Assembly: GCF_030144855.1 (NCBI RefSeq)
Contig: NC_082707.1
Coordinates: forward strand, 150,970,001 to 151,034,000
From: Hypanus sabinus
Lineage: Eukaryota
Reading direction: 5' to 3'
Length of the DNA: 64,000 nt
The position numbers and the translations under genes were made by a program. Below the pieces are notes generated by a model. The model was not told where the DNA came from and made no database searches. It was given only the letters and a program-made list of their open reading frames with translations. Below are positions 13,385 to 27,060 of the stretch, in pieces; the stretch's first letter is position 1; every line of letters begins with the position of its first letter.

Positions 13385-13807
13385 GATAAAATCTCTGACC
13401 CTTTTACGGATGTCGATCCCTGGCCTTTGCTCATCCCTGGAGCATCTGGACAATAAAGAAACATATGTATGACTAATGTTTATTGCTGCAGTTCTGACTT
13501 CAATGCAGTTATTCCAAGCTAACTTATCACCAAACTCCAGGTCCTGTGAGTCAGTGACTCCCTATGCAACTGGAGCATAGACTTCCTGAACAACAGACCA
13601 CAATCAGTATGCACAGGCAGCAACACTGGACTATGATCATCCTAAGAACTGATGCTCCACAATGTTGAGACCTCACCCCCTTACTCTACTGCCTGTACAC
13701 TCAGGACTGGGTGTCCAGAGCCTGCCCTTACTCCATTTACAAGTTTGTGGATGATAGTGGGCCACTTCTCAGATAATGATTTGTCAGAGTACAGGAAGGA
13801 GACAGTG

Positions 13808-15715
13808 AGCAACACACAGAAAATGCTGGAGAAACTCAGCAATCAGGCAGCATCTATGGAGGGGTATAAACAATCAATGTTTCAAGGTGAGACCTTTCAT
13901 TGGGACTGGAAGAGAAAAGGGTCAGAGGCCAGAATAAGGTGCTGGGGGATGGAGAAGGAGCACCAGTTGGCAGGTGATAAGTGAAACCAGGTGAGAGGAA
14001 AAGTGAAATGACAAGCTGGGAGTTGGTAGGTGGAAGATGTAAAATAATGAAGAAGAAAGAATCCAATAGGAGATGACAGTGATGGAGGGTTGATGAGCAG
14101 GTGAGAGGGTAAACAGAAACGGTAATGGAAAAAAGAGAGGCGGGGGAAAGGGAGTAATTAGCAGGTTAGATAAAACATTTTTTCTAGCATCAGGTTGGAG
14201 GCTGCCCAGATGGACTATGAGATGTTGCTCCTTCAACCTGCATTTGACCTGAATCATAGTACAGGAGGCCATGGAGAGACAAGTCACAATTGGAATGGAA
14301 AGACAAATTGAAATGGGTGGCCATCATAAAATCCTGTTTTTCTAGTAGACTGTGTGCAGTTGCTCGACAAGGTAGTTACCCAATCTCTGTTAGGTCTAAA
14401 TGATGTGGAGGAGACTCCAGTTAGAGAATCAGATACAATAGATAGCCCTGACAGACTTGCAGGCAAAGTGTTGTCTCAGCTGCTAGGACTGTTTGAGACC
14501 CTGCATTGTGGTCAGGAAGGTGATGCAGGGGAAGGAGTAGCATTTGGCATGCTTGCAGAGATAATCAGAATCAGAATCAGGTTTATTATCACCGTCATGT
14601 GTCGTCAAATTTATTAATTTAGCAGTAGCAGTTCAATGCTATACATAATATAGAAGAAAAAAGTAAGTAAATCAATTATAGTATACGTATACTAAATAGA
14701 TTAAAATTGTGCAAAAACAGAAATAATATATATTAAAAAAGTGAGGTAGGGTTCACAGGTTCAATATCCATTTAGTAATCAGATGGTAGAGGGGAAGAAC
14801 CTGTTTCTGAATTATTGAGTGTGTGCCTTCAGGCTTCTGCTCTCCTACCTGATGGTAACAGTGAGAAAAGGGCATGCCCTGGGTGCTGGGGGTCCTTAAT
14901 AACGGACGCTGCCTTTTGACTAAATTACAATCCTCGGCAGCTTCTTTCAGTCCTGTGCAATCGCCCTCCACCACCAAACCCCGCCACCCCCCATCATACC
15001 AGACAGTGATGCAACCTGTCAGAATGCTCTCCATGGTACATCTATAGAAGTTTGTGAGTGTTTTTGCTGACATACCAAATCTCTTCAAACTCCTAATAAA
15101 GTATAGCCGCTGTCTTGCCTCTTTATAACTGTATTGATATGTTGGGACCAGGTTAGGTTCACAGAAATCTTGACACCCAGGAACTTGAAGCTGCCCGCTC
15201 TCTCTACTTATGATCCCTCTATGCGGATTGGTATGTGTTCCTTTGTGTTGCCCTTCCTGAAGTCCACAATCAGCTCTTTCATCTTAATGGTGCTAAGTGC
15301 AAGGTTGTTGCTATGACCCCACTCCACTAGTTGACATATCTCGCTCCTGAACACCCTCTTGTTTCAGCCTGAGTTTCTACCAACAATGGTTGCATCATCA
15401 GCAAATTTATAGATGGTATTTGAGCTATGCCTAGGCACACAGTTATGAGTATAGACAGAGTAGCGCAGTGGGTTAAGCGCACACACCTGAGGTGCTCCAG
15501 TGTTGATTAGCTGTGAGGAGGAGATATTGTCACCAATCTGCACATATTGTCGTCTTCTGGTTAGGAAGTCAAAGATCCAATTGCAGAGGGAAGTGCAGAG
15601 ACCCGAGTTCTGTAACTTCTCAAAGATAAGTGTCAGGAGGGAGATGAGTAGGGAGCAATAAGAGGACAAAGCAGAAATGATTCCTATGGAAAGCAGAAGG
15701 ATGGGGAAGATTTTA
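13808..15715 (-). mobile_element. Penelope-like element, 3' portion (GIY-YIG endonuclease, 3' UTR, terminal repeat), split by Rex1
   Basis: Minus-strand 'QHFACKSVRAIYCI' and 'RLKEQHLIVHLGSLQPD' match the Penelope GIY-YIG C-terminus. Ends in the same terminal repeat as the fold-back elements, with a decayed hammerhead at ~13872-13910. Appears to resume at ~15625-15715. Confidence 0.85.
14565..15623 (-). mobile_element. Rex1/Babar LINE, 5'-truncated
   Basis: 'SLCNWIFDFLT', 'GAPQVCAL', 'YKFADDATIVG', 'FYRCTMESILTGCITVWY'; (GATTCT)n tail; AGATAA on both flanks (14559-14564 / 15624-15629). Confidence 0.9.
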
Positions 15716-18595
15716 GGGAGATAGAGAGGTTTGGACATGATGTCATAATAACAACCTTTTTTTCAATAAACAAAAGAGCTGGTCATTGACTTCAGAAAAG
15801 GGGACTCCTATCTACATCAAGGTGGTGACATTGGGAGGGTTCTGATCTTCAAGTTTTTTAGGTGTGAATATCACCAATAGCCTGTCCTGGTCCAAACACA
15901 TTGATTTCACAGCCAAGAAAGCTCACCAACTGATTAGCGCAAGAAGTTGAAGATGTTTAGCATGTACCTGTCGACCCTTACCAATTTTTATCAATACATC
16001 ATAGAAAGCTTTATCAAAAACACTGTAATGGGATCTTCAGGCAAACAAACCCAGGCTTGAAGTAAATTTGATACTCAAAATATAAAGTAATAACATGTAT
16101 TTATTTGAAGTACATAACGGAGAAATAACAAATGACTTGGAGCATACTTATTCGAGAGGACTGGAGTACACACAATATTAGTTCACTCAGAGCCCAAATT
16201 CAGGATTCAGCAATGAACGCTAGTCATGACTAACTTAAATAGAGCTCAGGAATCATGTGCGTATTAAAATAAAAACTCAATAAACCAGCAGTCAATGAAC
16301 TGTGTATACTTCTTCACCATGAACAAAATGAGGAGGTGGAGGAGACTTGGAATCAAGAGCCAAGGGACTTTAAAGTACAGATTTAAGGGAGGAAACATGA
16401 AAGGTAGAATGGATACACAGAGTCCATGATAATTGTAGGTGGTATGACAACTGATTGATTCTCCATAGAACTTCTAAATGATCAATGTACTTAGGAGCCA
16501 GTTTCGGAGATTTCACCTCCATAGGAGGATCTTGAGTGGAAAAAGAAACTCACTGGACCAGAGAGAACAAAGGTCTTGGTCGCCTTCGACAATTAGCCTG
16601 ACGCTGCTGCTGCTGGGAGTTGGCTATTAAATTGATCTCACCTTTGACCGTGTCTGCCTGTATCTTTTAACAATCCTATTGGCTGCAGGGACACCCACCT
16701 TGGACACCTGCTCCAGGAATAGAGGAAGACTGTAGCTTATATATTCAAAGTGTGGCATCACAATGGAGGAGTATACAAGATTATTACGTGCAAACTCTGC
16801 CCAAGTAAGGTGGTCACTCCATTTAGTTGGGTATCCTGAAAACAAATTTCATAAGGATCTTTCCAAATTCTGATTCTGTCTGTCCATTGATTTGCAGATG
16901 GAACCCATAGGATAGGATAACCACTACCCTGATGAGTTGACAAAAATCCTTCCACAATTTAGACGTGAATTGTGGACCATGGTCCAAGATGATAACCCAG
17001 TGATAGCCATATATCCAGAAGATATTTCATAACATAAGATCAACTGTCTCTGAAGCATTGGAAAGTTTGGGAGAGGGCCAAAGTGGCATGCCTTTAAGAA
17101 TCATTCCACTACAACCATAATATCATTATTCCCACAGAATGAAGGAAGACCAGTGATAAAGTCCATCAAAATATGAGACCAGGGATGAGTAGGAATAGGT
17201 AAACGTTGTAAGAGACCTTGGGGTAGTGATTTAGATTCCTTATTTTCAGCACATATTTCACATGCCAAAACATAGTCCTTGATGTTTTTGGTTATGCCTG
17301 ATCACCAGAATCACCTCTTAATGAACTTTAATGTTGCAAAATTCCCAGGTGCCCAGTGTCTGAGGCATAACCTCCACTACAAAAGGTAGGTGGATTGGGG
17401 GAACAAGTACAGGTGTTGTGGTAAATCTATTTCTAATGTTGACGGAAAGCGGCTTCTGCCTCTGGAATCCAATGGAAAGGCCCTGCAGATCTTTTAGTGA
17501 GGTGGTAAGTGGACCTGTGGTAGAACTGAAATTGCAAATGAAGTGACAATAGAAATTGGCAAACCCTAAAAACCTTTGGAGCTGTTTAACCAATGTAGGT
17601 TGAGGCCAATTCTGTACCACTTAGGTCTTCTCAGGGTCCATGTGTAGATCTCCATTAAAACTGACAAATCCAAGAAAAAATACTTTGTGGATGTGGAACT
17701 CACTCTTCTCAAGTTTAATAAAACAGGTATATGTTGAAGAACACTCCATACATATTGAACGTGTTCCTGAAGCAAATGAGAAAAAAAAGGATATTGCCCA
17801 AATAAACAACAAATAAACAATAAATAAACAAAGTGAGTAACCATTTTTCAGAGCATGGTGCTAATAAAATTTTGAAAGACCACTGGAGTATTTACTAAGC
17901 CGAATGGCATCACCAGATATTCATAATGTACAGTGGAAGCTGTGAAGGTCAACTTCCATTCATCTCCCTCTCAAATCTGGATAAGATCGTAGGCAGTCCA
18001 GAGATCAAGTTTCATGAACAGTGGTGCTCCTTGTAGTAGTTTGAACATCATATTCATAAGATGGAGCGGATACCAGTTCTTTAAAGTAAACTTATTTAGA
18101 CACCTGTAATCAATATATGGTCTCAGTCTGTCATCCTTTTTGGATATAAAACAGAATCCTGCTCTAGCAGGAAAAGTGGATGATCAAATACACCCTGATG
18201 CCATAGCCTCCTTAATATACTCCATCATGGCTGGTCTCTCGACAGTGGATAAGGAACAAAGCCTTTCCCAGGAAGGACAAATACCTGGTAGCACGTCAAT
18301 AGTGCAATCATAGTTTCTATGTGGATGAATTGTTGTGACTCTCTTCTTGCTAAGTACCTCCAGCAAGTCTAAATATTTTGCAGGCACTCTGGGCAACTCA
18401 TTTGACTTAGGAGTCCAGTTCTGAGAAGTCAAAAGGCAACTTAGGACTTACAACTGATGACTCACTGTAATAACAGTAGACATCTTGGAAAATTAGGCTG
18501 CCATCTTGGAAACTCAGGCTTGGGCTTGCCTCTTGGGACATCTGGTTAGCCTTTCAGGATCTCTGATTGGTCTTTCAGAACTGTTTGAAGGACAG

Positions 18596-20135
18596 TGTCA
18601 TAGAAAAGTACAGCACAATAACATGCCCTTTAGCCCATTTAGTCTGTGCTGAGCCATTTACACTGCATACTCCCATTGGTCTGTACTGGGACCATAGCCC
18701 TCCATATACTTACCATCCATGTATTTATTCATACTTCTCAAATGTTGAAATTGAGCTCACATTCACCACTTATGCTAGCAGCACACTTCACACTCTCATG
18801 ACCCTCTGAGTGAAAAAGTTTTCTATCATGTTCTCTTTAAACTTTTCTAATTTTCACACTTAATCCATGACTTCTACTTGTTTTCCTATCCAACCTCAGT
18901 GAAAAAAACTGCCTGCATTTATCCTATCTTTAACCCTCATAATTTTGAATACTTCTATAAAATATTTTCTCAATCTTCCACATTCCAAGCAGTAAAGTCC
19001 TAGCCTATTCAACCTTTCCTTATAATTCAGGTCCTCCAGTCCTAGCAACATCCTTATAAATTTTCTCTGTGCTCTTTCAACTTTATTTACATCTTTTCTT
19101 TAGATAGGCAACCAAAACTGCACACAGTACTCCAAATTAGGCCTCACTAATGTTTCATACAACTTAAACATAACATCCCTTCTCCTGTATCCAGTATAGT
19201 GATTTATGAAGGCTAATATGCCAAAAGCTTTCTTTACGGCTCTATCAACCTGTGACACTGTTTTCAAAGAATTATGAACCTATATTTCCAGATCCCTTCA
19301 TTCTACCACACACCTCAGTGCTCTACTGTTCAGTATGTAAGACCTATCCTGGTTGGTTCCACAGAAGTGCAACACCTTCAACATTTTACACTCGTCTGCA
19401 TTAAATTCTATCTGCCATTTTTCACCCCATTTTCCAGCTGCAAGCCATGATAGCCTTCTTTGATGTCCACTACACCACCAAGCTTGTGTCATCTGCAAAT
19501 TTGCTGATCCAATTTACCACATCATCATCCTGATCATTTATATAGATGACAAATAAAAATGGAGCCAGCTCTGATCCCTGCAGCGCTCCACGAGTCACAA
19601 TCTTCCACTCAGAAGCGACCATCTACTACCACTCTCTGGCTTCACCCACAAAGCCAGTGTCTAATCAAATTTATCACCTGAAGTTGACTGCTGAGCAACT
19701 GAACCTTCTTGACCAACCTCCCATGCCTGGCCTTGCCAAATGCCTTGTAGACAACGTCCACTGCTTTGCCTTCATTACCTTTCCTAGTAACTTTCTCCCA
19801 AAAATCTAGTAGAATGGTTAGATACGATCTACCATGCACAAAGCCACGCTGACTATCCTTAATTAGTCAATGTCTATACTCATATATCTGGTCTCTTAGA
19901 ACACCTTCCAATATCTTACCTACTATTGATGTCAGGTTCACTGATCTATAATATCCTGGTTTATTTTCTGAGCCTTTCTTAAACAATGGAGCATCATTGG
20001 CTATCCTACATTCTTCCAGCACCTCACCTGTCACTATGAATGTTTTAAATATCTCTGCTAGTGTCCTGGCAATTACTTCCCGCAGGTTTCAAGGGAACAC
20101 CTTGTCAGGCCGTGGGGATTTATCCACCCTAATTA
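18596..20135 (-). mobile_element. CR1 LINE 3' fragment inserted in Gypsy B
   Basis: 'GRSYLTILLDFWEKVT', 'KWQIEFNADECK' and a CR1-type 3' end at ~18600. Confidence 0.85.
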
Positions 20136-21867
20136 TTCTGGCAAAGGTTTGGCCAACCCTGAATGGTGCCAGATGACCAATTAATGCATGGATTATGGGA
20201 AAGTAACCATAGTTAACCAATGATTGGGGAAGTACCTAGAAAGTGAATAAGGTGAAATTGAATCATCTCCTCGAGCATATCAATTGTTAACTTGAGAGGA
20301 ATGGTAAGATAAGAAATTTATCCAGGTTGCACCAGTCTCCCATCGAGGACCATAGCAAAGAGTGGCTGGTTGAAACATAATTTAGACACTGTGATTTCAT
20401 GGCTACGCCAAGATCTAAAGAATTCCCAGCTGAGCTGGAGTTTACTAATGTACCAAGGGAATGGTGATGCCCCCCCCCCCCAAGACAAAGGGAAGGTAAC
20501 AACACTTCTGAGTTCATCAAACTAGGAGAGAAATAAAAGACCATCATAGTTCTCCTGTCACTGGACGGTCCTGGGAGTTCCCTGACAACCTGGGCCAAGA
20601 GACTTGAAAATTCCCAGTCTCACTGCAGTATAAGCAGCTCCTCTGCTTCACTTGTCTCTGTTGCTCTGCTGGGGAGAGCGGGTTGTTTCTAGTTGCTTGG
20701 GGTCCTCTGAAGAAGGCTTCAAGGATGTGGGTTGAGACTTGGATTGTGGAACCGGAGCAGGCAACTCACCATGCCTTTCCCTTCCTCTCTTGAACCTGTG
20801 ATTATCAATTCTAATAGCCATATCCAAAAGCTCCTTCAAAATCCTCTATTGGGTCCTTGGTCATTAGAACATCCTTGAGTTGGTTATTTAATTTACATTG
20901 AAAGCCTTCAATTTCCAACAGCTGTCTGCTTCCAAGGTCCAGAACTTGACTGAATAGTTGGCAACAGATCGAGCTCCCTGACACAAATGGAGGGGTCAGT
21001 TGGCTGCTTCTGATGGACCCCAGCAGTGTGAAAGAATATCCTCCACATAGTTCTTAAAAACCAATTAATATCAACATACATGGGAGAATCTTTCTTCCAT
21101 AAGGCTGTAGCCCATGAAAGGTCCTGTCTGAAAAAGGGAAATCACGTCAGCTACATTACACCTGTCTGAGGGTAACTTAACAGGCGGTAAGTCAAATGCT
21201 GGAGAACACTGACTTCAGAAATCACAGCAAGACTCAGGTCTCCATTGTACTGCTACAGGGCTGGCAGATTCATGGACCCCTCACAGTAGTTCTGGGCAAA
21301 CGTAACAGAATACATAGGCGAATGCTGGGAATCAGTGTCCATCCCTGGAAAATGTAAATCTTGTCTACCAGTGTCAGAGTCTTTCTGCAATGTTGCTGGT
21401 ATCTCTTAGAATAAATGTTTATGCTGTCTAACTGTCTCTTCTTGGCAGGTCAATGCCGTACATAGTTGATCAAACTTCACTGGATCCATGATGGCTGAGT
21501 TCCACTGTTTGTTCCAAACAAACCCAGGCACAGAGTAAATTTGACACTCGAAGGTAGAAAGTAATGATGAGGATTTATTTGAAGAATGTAATAGAGGAAT
21601 AACAAATAACTCAGAGCGTACATACTCAAGAGGGCTGGCATACACAGAATGTTAGTTCATTCAGAACCCAAATTCAGAACTCAGCAATAAACACTAGTCA
21701 TGATGAATTTAAATAGTGCATATAGTACGGGAACCCCACGCATATCAAAATCAAAATTCAAAACGATGCTCAAGAAACCCGCATTCAAAAGACAAGTGGC
21801 ACTAAAACACAAGGAAAACAATGACTAAACCAGTTTCTTAACAAGTTCTAGTTAAAACAAATCAATG

Positions 21868-22155
21868 CATGGTAGCATAATAGTTAGCACAACAATTTAC
21901 AGTACCAGTGATCCGAGTTCTATTCCTGCCATTGCCTGTAGGGAGTCTGCATGTTCTCCCCGTGATAACGTGGGTTTCCTCCAGGTGCTCCGGTTTCCTC
22001 CCCCAGTTCAAAGACACAAAAGTTGGTAGGTTAATTGGCCATTGTAAATTGTCCCATGATTAAGCTAGGGTTAAATTGGGGGTTGCTCGGTGGCGGGGCT
22101 CAGGGGTCCAGAAAGGCCTACTCCATGTTGTATTTCAATAAATAAACAAATAAAT
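21868..22155 (+). mobile_element. V-domain tRNA SINE (HE1-like) inserted in the 5' LTR of Gypsy B
   Basis: tRNA-like head (tggtagcataatagttagc...gagttctattcc), V-domain 'tgcatgttctccccgtg...cgtgggtttcctccaggtgctccggtttcctccc', and an (AATA)n tail. Confidence 0.9.
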
Positions 22156-22299
22156 GATGTTTAGGTGTGTCAGAGTTCAAAGGCTTAATGCTCTCTGATG
22201 CCCTTTGCTGGTCTGAAGAGTTCATGACAGAAAGAATTCTATCTATTTAGGACCTTCCAGCCCTTTGAGCTGCAGCACCAGCAACCCTCAATTTAACCC

Positions 22300-22590
22300 A
22301 GAGGGCACAGCCTCAAAATAGAAAGACGTCCCTTTGAAACAGAGATGAGGAGGCATTTCTTGAGCTGGAGAGGAGTGAATCTGAGGAATTCATTGTCATA
22401 GATAGTTGTGGAGGCCAAGCCATATTTAAAGCAGAGGCTGTTAGGTGCTTAATTAGTCAGGAAATCAAAGGTTTTGGGGAGAAGGCAAGAGAATGGGGTT
22501 GAGAGAGAAAATAAATCACCCATGATCAGATGGCAGAGAGGCCCAATGTACCGAATGGGCTAATTTTGCTCTTATGTCTTATGGCTTTAT
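22300..22590 (+). mobile_element. CR1 3' fragment
   Basis: 'agagggcacagcctcaaaata...ggagaaggcaagagaatgggg...ttatgtcttatgg', the CR1 3' end. Confidence 0.75.
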
Positions 22591-22884
22591 AGTCTAAAAT
22601 GATTGAATGTGCTACATATCTTCTATTTGAATCTTCTTGTTTTTTTTCTGTCTCTGAATGTCTGCTAACAAAAAAGACAGAGAAATTTAGAAAATAGAAT
22701 AACTATTGCAAGTAAATGAAACAGCAGAAAGAGGTTCTTCAGCTATGGTTTTTACAGTGATGAAGTGTATGGACTTTGAATTCAGTTCCAGCATATTGTT
22801 TTGTTATACTTTAGACTGGAATCAAAAATATTGAAGGAGGTTGTTGATTACAAAATGGATAAGTGAAGCTGTCATCTTTGTATT

Positions 22885-23725
22885 AGTATTAGTTTATTAT
22901 TGTCATATATACATACCAAGTTACAGTAAATAATTGTCCTGCATATGGTTCATACAATTAAAATCATTGAACTAGAATAAGGTAAAACAATATTAACACA
23001 GAATAAAGTGTACAAGCTACCAAAAAAGTGCAAACAAACAATGAAGTCCAAAACATTAATTGGGTGGATTGGATTGTGAGGCCAAGAGTCCATCTTAGTC
23101 TACAAAAGGTTCATTTAGTCTACAAAAGAGTCTGACAACAGTGGGATAGAAGTTGACTTGAGCATGGGGGTATGAGCTTTCAGGGCTTTACTATCTTATG
23201 TCTGATTGGAGAGGGGAGAAGCGAGGATGATTGGGGAAGGTGGAGACTTGTTTAAGCTGGCAGGTTTATGGAGGCTTTTATTTCAAGTTGTTGCTGTGAC
23301 ACCATTCAACCAGCTGATCTATCTCACTTCTGTATGCTTCATCCGAAATTCTTCCAAAATAGTTCTGTCATCAGCAAATTTATAGGTGATCTTTGAACTG
23401 TGCCTAGCTACACAATTATGGTCGAGAGAGTAGAGCAGTGTGCTAAGTACACATCTTAAAGTGTGCCAATGTTATTTGTCAGTGAGGAGGTGATCTTATT
23501 TCCAATCTGCACAAGTTATGGTCTCCTGATGAGGAAGTCAAGTATCCAGTTACAGACGCCCAGGTTTTGGAGTTTCTTGGTTAGAACCAAGGATATGATT
23601 GTGTTTAATGCTGAGTTGTAGTTAATAAACAGTAGCCCAATGTAGGTAATACTATTGTTAAGGTGATCTAAGACCGAGTGGAGAGCTAGTGAGATCGCAT
23701 CTTCTGTAAACCAATTGTGGTCTTC
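22885..23725 (-). mobile_element. Rex1/Babar LINE fragment with internal deletion
   Basis: '[42 protein letters not shown]'. Confidence 0.8.
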
Positions 23726-23822
23726 TGGCAATCTCAATTTTAAGCACAATTCCATTGTTTTTCTTCTCTCTTAAAATAATTGTCCATTGTTATTTACTAA
23801 ATTTGCATTTATTAGAACCTTC

Positions 23823-24430
23823 AGATTTAGAATCATATTTGTTAATCAAACATATAGAGAAAAATACTGTGAAATGTGTCATTTGTGTTAATGAAAAATA
23901 CATTTGAGGATGTGCTGGGGCAGCCCGTGAGTGTCGCCACATAGACTGACACCAACAAAGCATGTCCACGATGCTCAGCAGAATAACACAGAATACAACA
24001 AGAAACAAAATGGTGACAGCAAAACAAGCCCTATTGCTCCCTCCCCTCCACCCACACACATGGGCCGTCATCCAACTCCAGGACAGCCCTTTAGTCTCCA
24101 GCCTACGCCATCTGGTTTTAACTTCCAGACTTCTGATTGACCTTCTGTCTTTGGTCTTCTGTATCAATTCCCAAACTAACCAATAATGGGTCCCAGGATT
24201 CAAGGTTCAAACTCTGGCTTTGTCGACACAATGGCCTCACGTCTCCTGCTTGCATGAACATCCAAACACGGAACCTACCAAGCTTGGACAGCCCAGCATA
24301 CATGGGTGCCCCTCATCACTCGTCCATGCCACTGTAGAACACTGTAGTCCATGTGAACGTAGAGCAGAAACTATACTTTAGATGTCCTTCACACTTTGCG
24401 TACAGAAAACAACAAAGCCTGCCATTTGAC
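23823..24430 (-). mobile_element. Unclassified non-coding retroposon-like repeat
   Basis: GATTCT-like tail at the left end, TG-rich 3' part on the minus strand, AAATGGC at the putative 5' end; no coding remnant recognised. Confidence 0.4.
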
Positions 24431-25044
24431 TGTCTACATTCTTACTAATTTCTTTTTCCCCGTTTAGTATTTACGGTTATAGTTATGATATAAAAATATT
24501 AGGAAGTAATGGAGGTGCATGGGGCAAAGTATTCTATACCATTGTGCAACATACATTCATAAAGATTGATATCATTGTTAGAAACAGCAATAGTGTACAG
24601 GAATCTCTCATTTATATATTTCTAAACAGAAATTTGAGGTGAAATGATGAACACTATTCACAAAACTATGCAATTCTAATAATTAAATTTGGTTAAACAT
24701 TTGAAAATGTTTGACATGAAGGAATGTGTTAAAATGACACTTGACTTGACAGGTAACATTAATAAAATATGACTTTGACTTGGAGATGGATTTTGCTAAC
24801 AGATGTAAATAAATGTGCAATAACACTTAAAGTGAAATAAAATCTAGAAAGTGAAGTATTTGGCTGCTAGTCATGCCATGATTGCAATAAAGATGAAAAT
24901 ACTTCATTGATTCTCAGGATTGTGAATATTATTGAAGTTTTTCCCCTAAAAATGCAGTTGTAAATACTTTTTAATTCATATTTTTTATGAGAAGTGGCAT
25001 GAAAGCCACCATGATTTTATTCAATTCTTTGAAAGACAGAAAAA

Positions 25045-25390
25045 CAGAGTTTGTATTTATGTAATGTTGTTTGTAACCTCAGGATATCTCCGTAAGTATT
25101 ACTAATCTATCAACTGTTGTAATTTATGATATACGGCAAGGTCTTATGAAATATGAAACTGACAAACCATATTGTTTTATTAATAAATTTGCTAAGGGAT
25201 AAATACATGCTCAGTCATCTGAAAGAGTTATTTTCCTCTTTTCTAAATTAATCACTTGGGATCATTTATGAATACTTGAGAGGTGGTCAGATTTGGGTTA
25301 AAGAAATCAGGTTAGATCTGTGTCCAGGTCTCTGGAGAGGATCTTGAAACCATATCCTCTTTACCGACAGGATATGGTATCTAACCGATC
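25045..25390 (-). mobile_element. Deu-domain SINE, old
   Basis: 'tttgtatttatgtaatg..cctcaggatatc', 'agggataaata', 'gtctctggagaggatcttgaaacc' (B-box region on the minus strand). Confidence 0.55.
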
Positions 25391-25614
25391 TGCACAAATA
25401 ACCATTAACAATATCTTTTATTTGACCTTAAAAAACAAAATCTAGGTGCATGATATCTACTTGTCTCTATTGTAAATAGCTACCTATGATCTGTACATTG
25501 TGATAATTAACCGTGTTTGGTATTGTGAGGTAATGAGGTATGGAAGACTATACAGTATGGACTTGGACAACCTACTATGTTTTACATCTTGTCACAATAA
25601 ACCTACAACACGAG

Positions 25615-26220
25615 ACAACATATACACAATGCCTGAGGAATTCAGCAGGCCAGACAGCGTCTATGGAAAAGAGTAAACATTCACCGGTTTGGGCTGAGAT
25701 CGTTCATCAGGATTGGAAAGAAAGAGGAAAAGTCAGAATAAGAAGTTGGGGGGAGAGGAGGAAGAAGTACAGGTGGCAGGTGATAGGTGAAACCCGGAGT
25801 GGGGAAGGGGATGAAGTAAAGAAATGGGAAGTTGATTGGTGCAATTCCCCATTCCTGTTTCCCTCACTCAACTTATCTCCTTACTTGTCCATCACCTTCA
25901 TTTGGTGCTCCTTCTCCTTTCCTTTCTTCCATGGTCTTTTATCCTCCCCTATCATATTCCCCCTTCTCCAACCCTCCCCAGATTTTTACTTCACCAGCCC
26001 CCCACTTTCACCTATCACCTACCACCTTCTAATTCTTCCTGGCCTTTCCCAACTTCTTACTCTGAGTTCTCCTTTTTCTTTCCAATTCTGATGAAGAGTC
26101 TTGGCCTGAAACATTGACTGTTTACTCTTCTCCATAGATGCTGCCTGGCCTGCTGAGTTCTTTAGCATTTGTATATGTTGATTTGGATTTCCATCATCCA
26201 AAGATTTTCTTATGTTTGTG
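25615..26220. mobile_element. Penelope-derived fold-back element (subfamily A, long arms including 3' UTR)
   Basis: Inverted terminal-repeat copies at ~25620-25715 and ~26082-26180; hammerhead core CTGATGA...GAAA at 26088-26111; 'cctacaa' on both flanks. Confidence 0.85.
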
Positions 26221-26849
26221 AGCCTACAAAACAATCTCACTTAACTACAGTGCAGGTGGAGTAGATCACCAAATTAATTCTGTTTCTTCTGAGAAAAGTA
26301 ATAACATGTCCACAAATTTCATTTGTGCACTTCTGACTTGCACAGAAGAAGACTTTCAGAAAGTTTGTAGGGTCTGATTTCATTGGGAGCTGTTTTACTG
26401 CCACAGATTCTTGCGACTAGATTCACCTTCATATTTTAAACTAACCTTACCACTACCATCCTCCTTTTCCAAGGAGAATTATAAGCTTATGTTACTAGCT
26501 CATGGGTTTTCTCTCCCATGTCCTAATCACATTCATAATCTCATCCACCAATTCAGAACCCAACCTACCCAAAACCACTTGGACCTTTTGTCCCACATTT
26601 TCCTCAGTTGGGTTCATTGTCTCCAACAATTGCCTAATCGTAGGAATTCAGAAGAGAAGTTGTAGCTACTGTGAGACACTAAGAAGATTGAGAGTTTCCT
26701 GGGTGAAGTTTTCCAGCGAGGGATTATAAGCACAAGTGGGTGTCTATCTAGAAGAGCAGGAGGCAGTGGAGCTGCAGTCACTCTCTACCTCTAACTGAAC
26801 CTACTATGCTTTACTATACTGAACTCTCTATGCTTTTCCTATCTAAGTT

Positions 26850-27060
26850 ACCATTTCAAATTCTACTTAGGCATTGTTATTCTATCTCCCTCTAGTACCT
26901 CCTCAAGCAGCATATTCCATCTAACCACCACCTTCTGTGTGAAAAAGTAACCCTCAAATCTCTTTAAATTTCTTCCTTCTCACTATAAAACTATGTTCCC
27001 CGATCTTATCCCTTGGAAAAAAGACCCTGAATATTGGCTCTATCTAAGACCCTCATACCG
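26850..27060 (-). mobile_element. CR1 3' fragment
   Basis: 'ccaccaccttctgtgtgaaaaagtaacccctc'-type CR1 3' coding end. Confidence 0.55.

Larger units (their letters stand above)
13415..16010 (+). mobile_element. Rex1/Babar LINE fragment, split by Penelope and a second Rex1 (own pieces ~13415-13807 and ~15717-16010)
   Basis: Degenerate 'LEHLDNKETYV..LMFI' and 'KELVIDFRK' motifs; 'ggagacagtgag'/'ggagatagagag' repeated at the two Penelope junctions. Confidence 0.7.
16024..22229 (-). mobile_element. Gypsy LTR retrotransposon (provirus B, Sushi/chromovirus-like), degenerate
   Basis: Similar LTRs ~16024-16449 and ~21506-22229 (shared 'caaacaaacccaggc...agtaaatttga', 'cccaaattcag'). gag starts MDPV ~21489; 'ELLDMAIRIDN'; protease-like 'LVNSSSAGNSLD'; '[13 protein letters not shown]'; integrase 'MDFITGLP' ~17150 and 'WSDHLTWAEFARNN'. 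Confidence 0.85.

Noticed and set aside
16627-21490. PEG10/RTL-like domesticated gene
   Set aside because: LTRs are present, ORFs are heavily disrupted, and a CR1 is inserted in pol.
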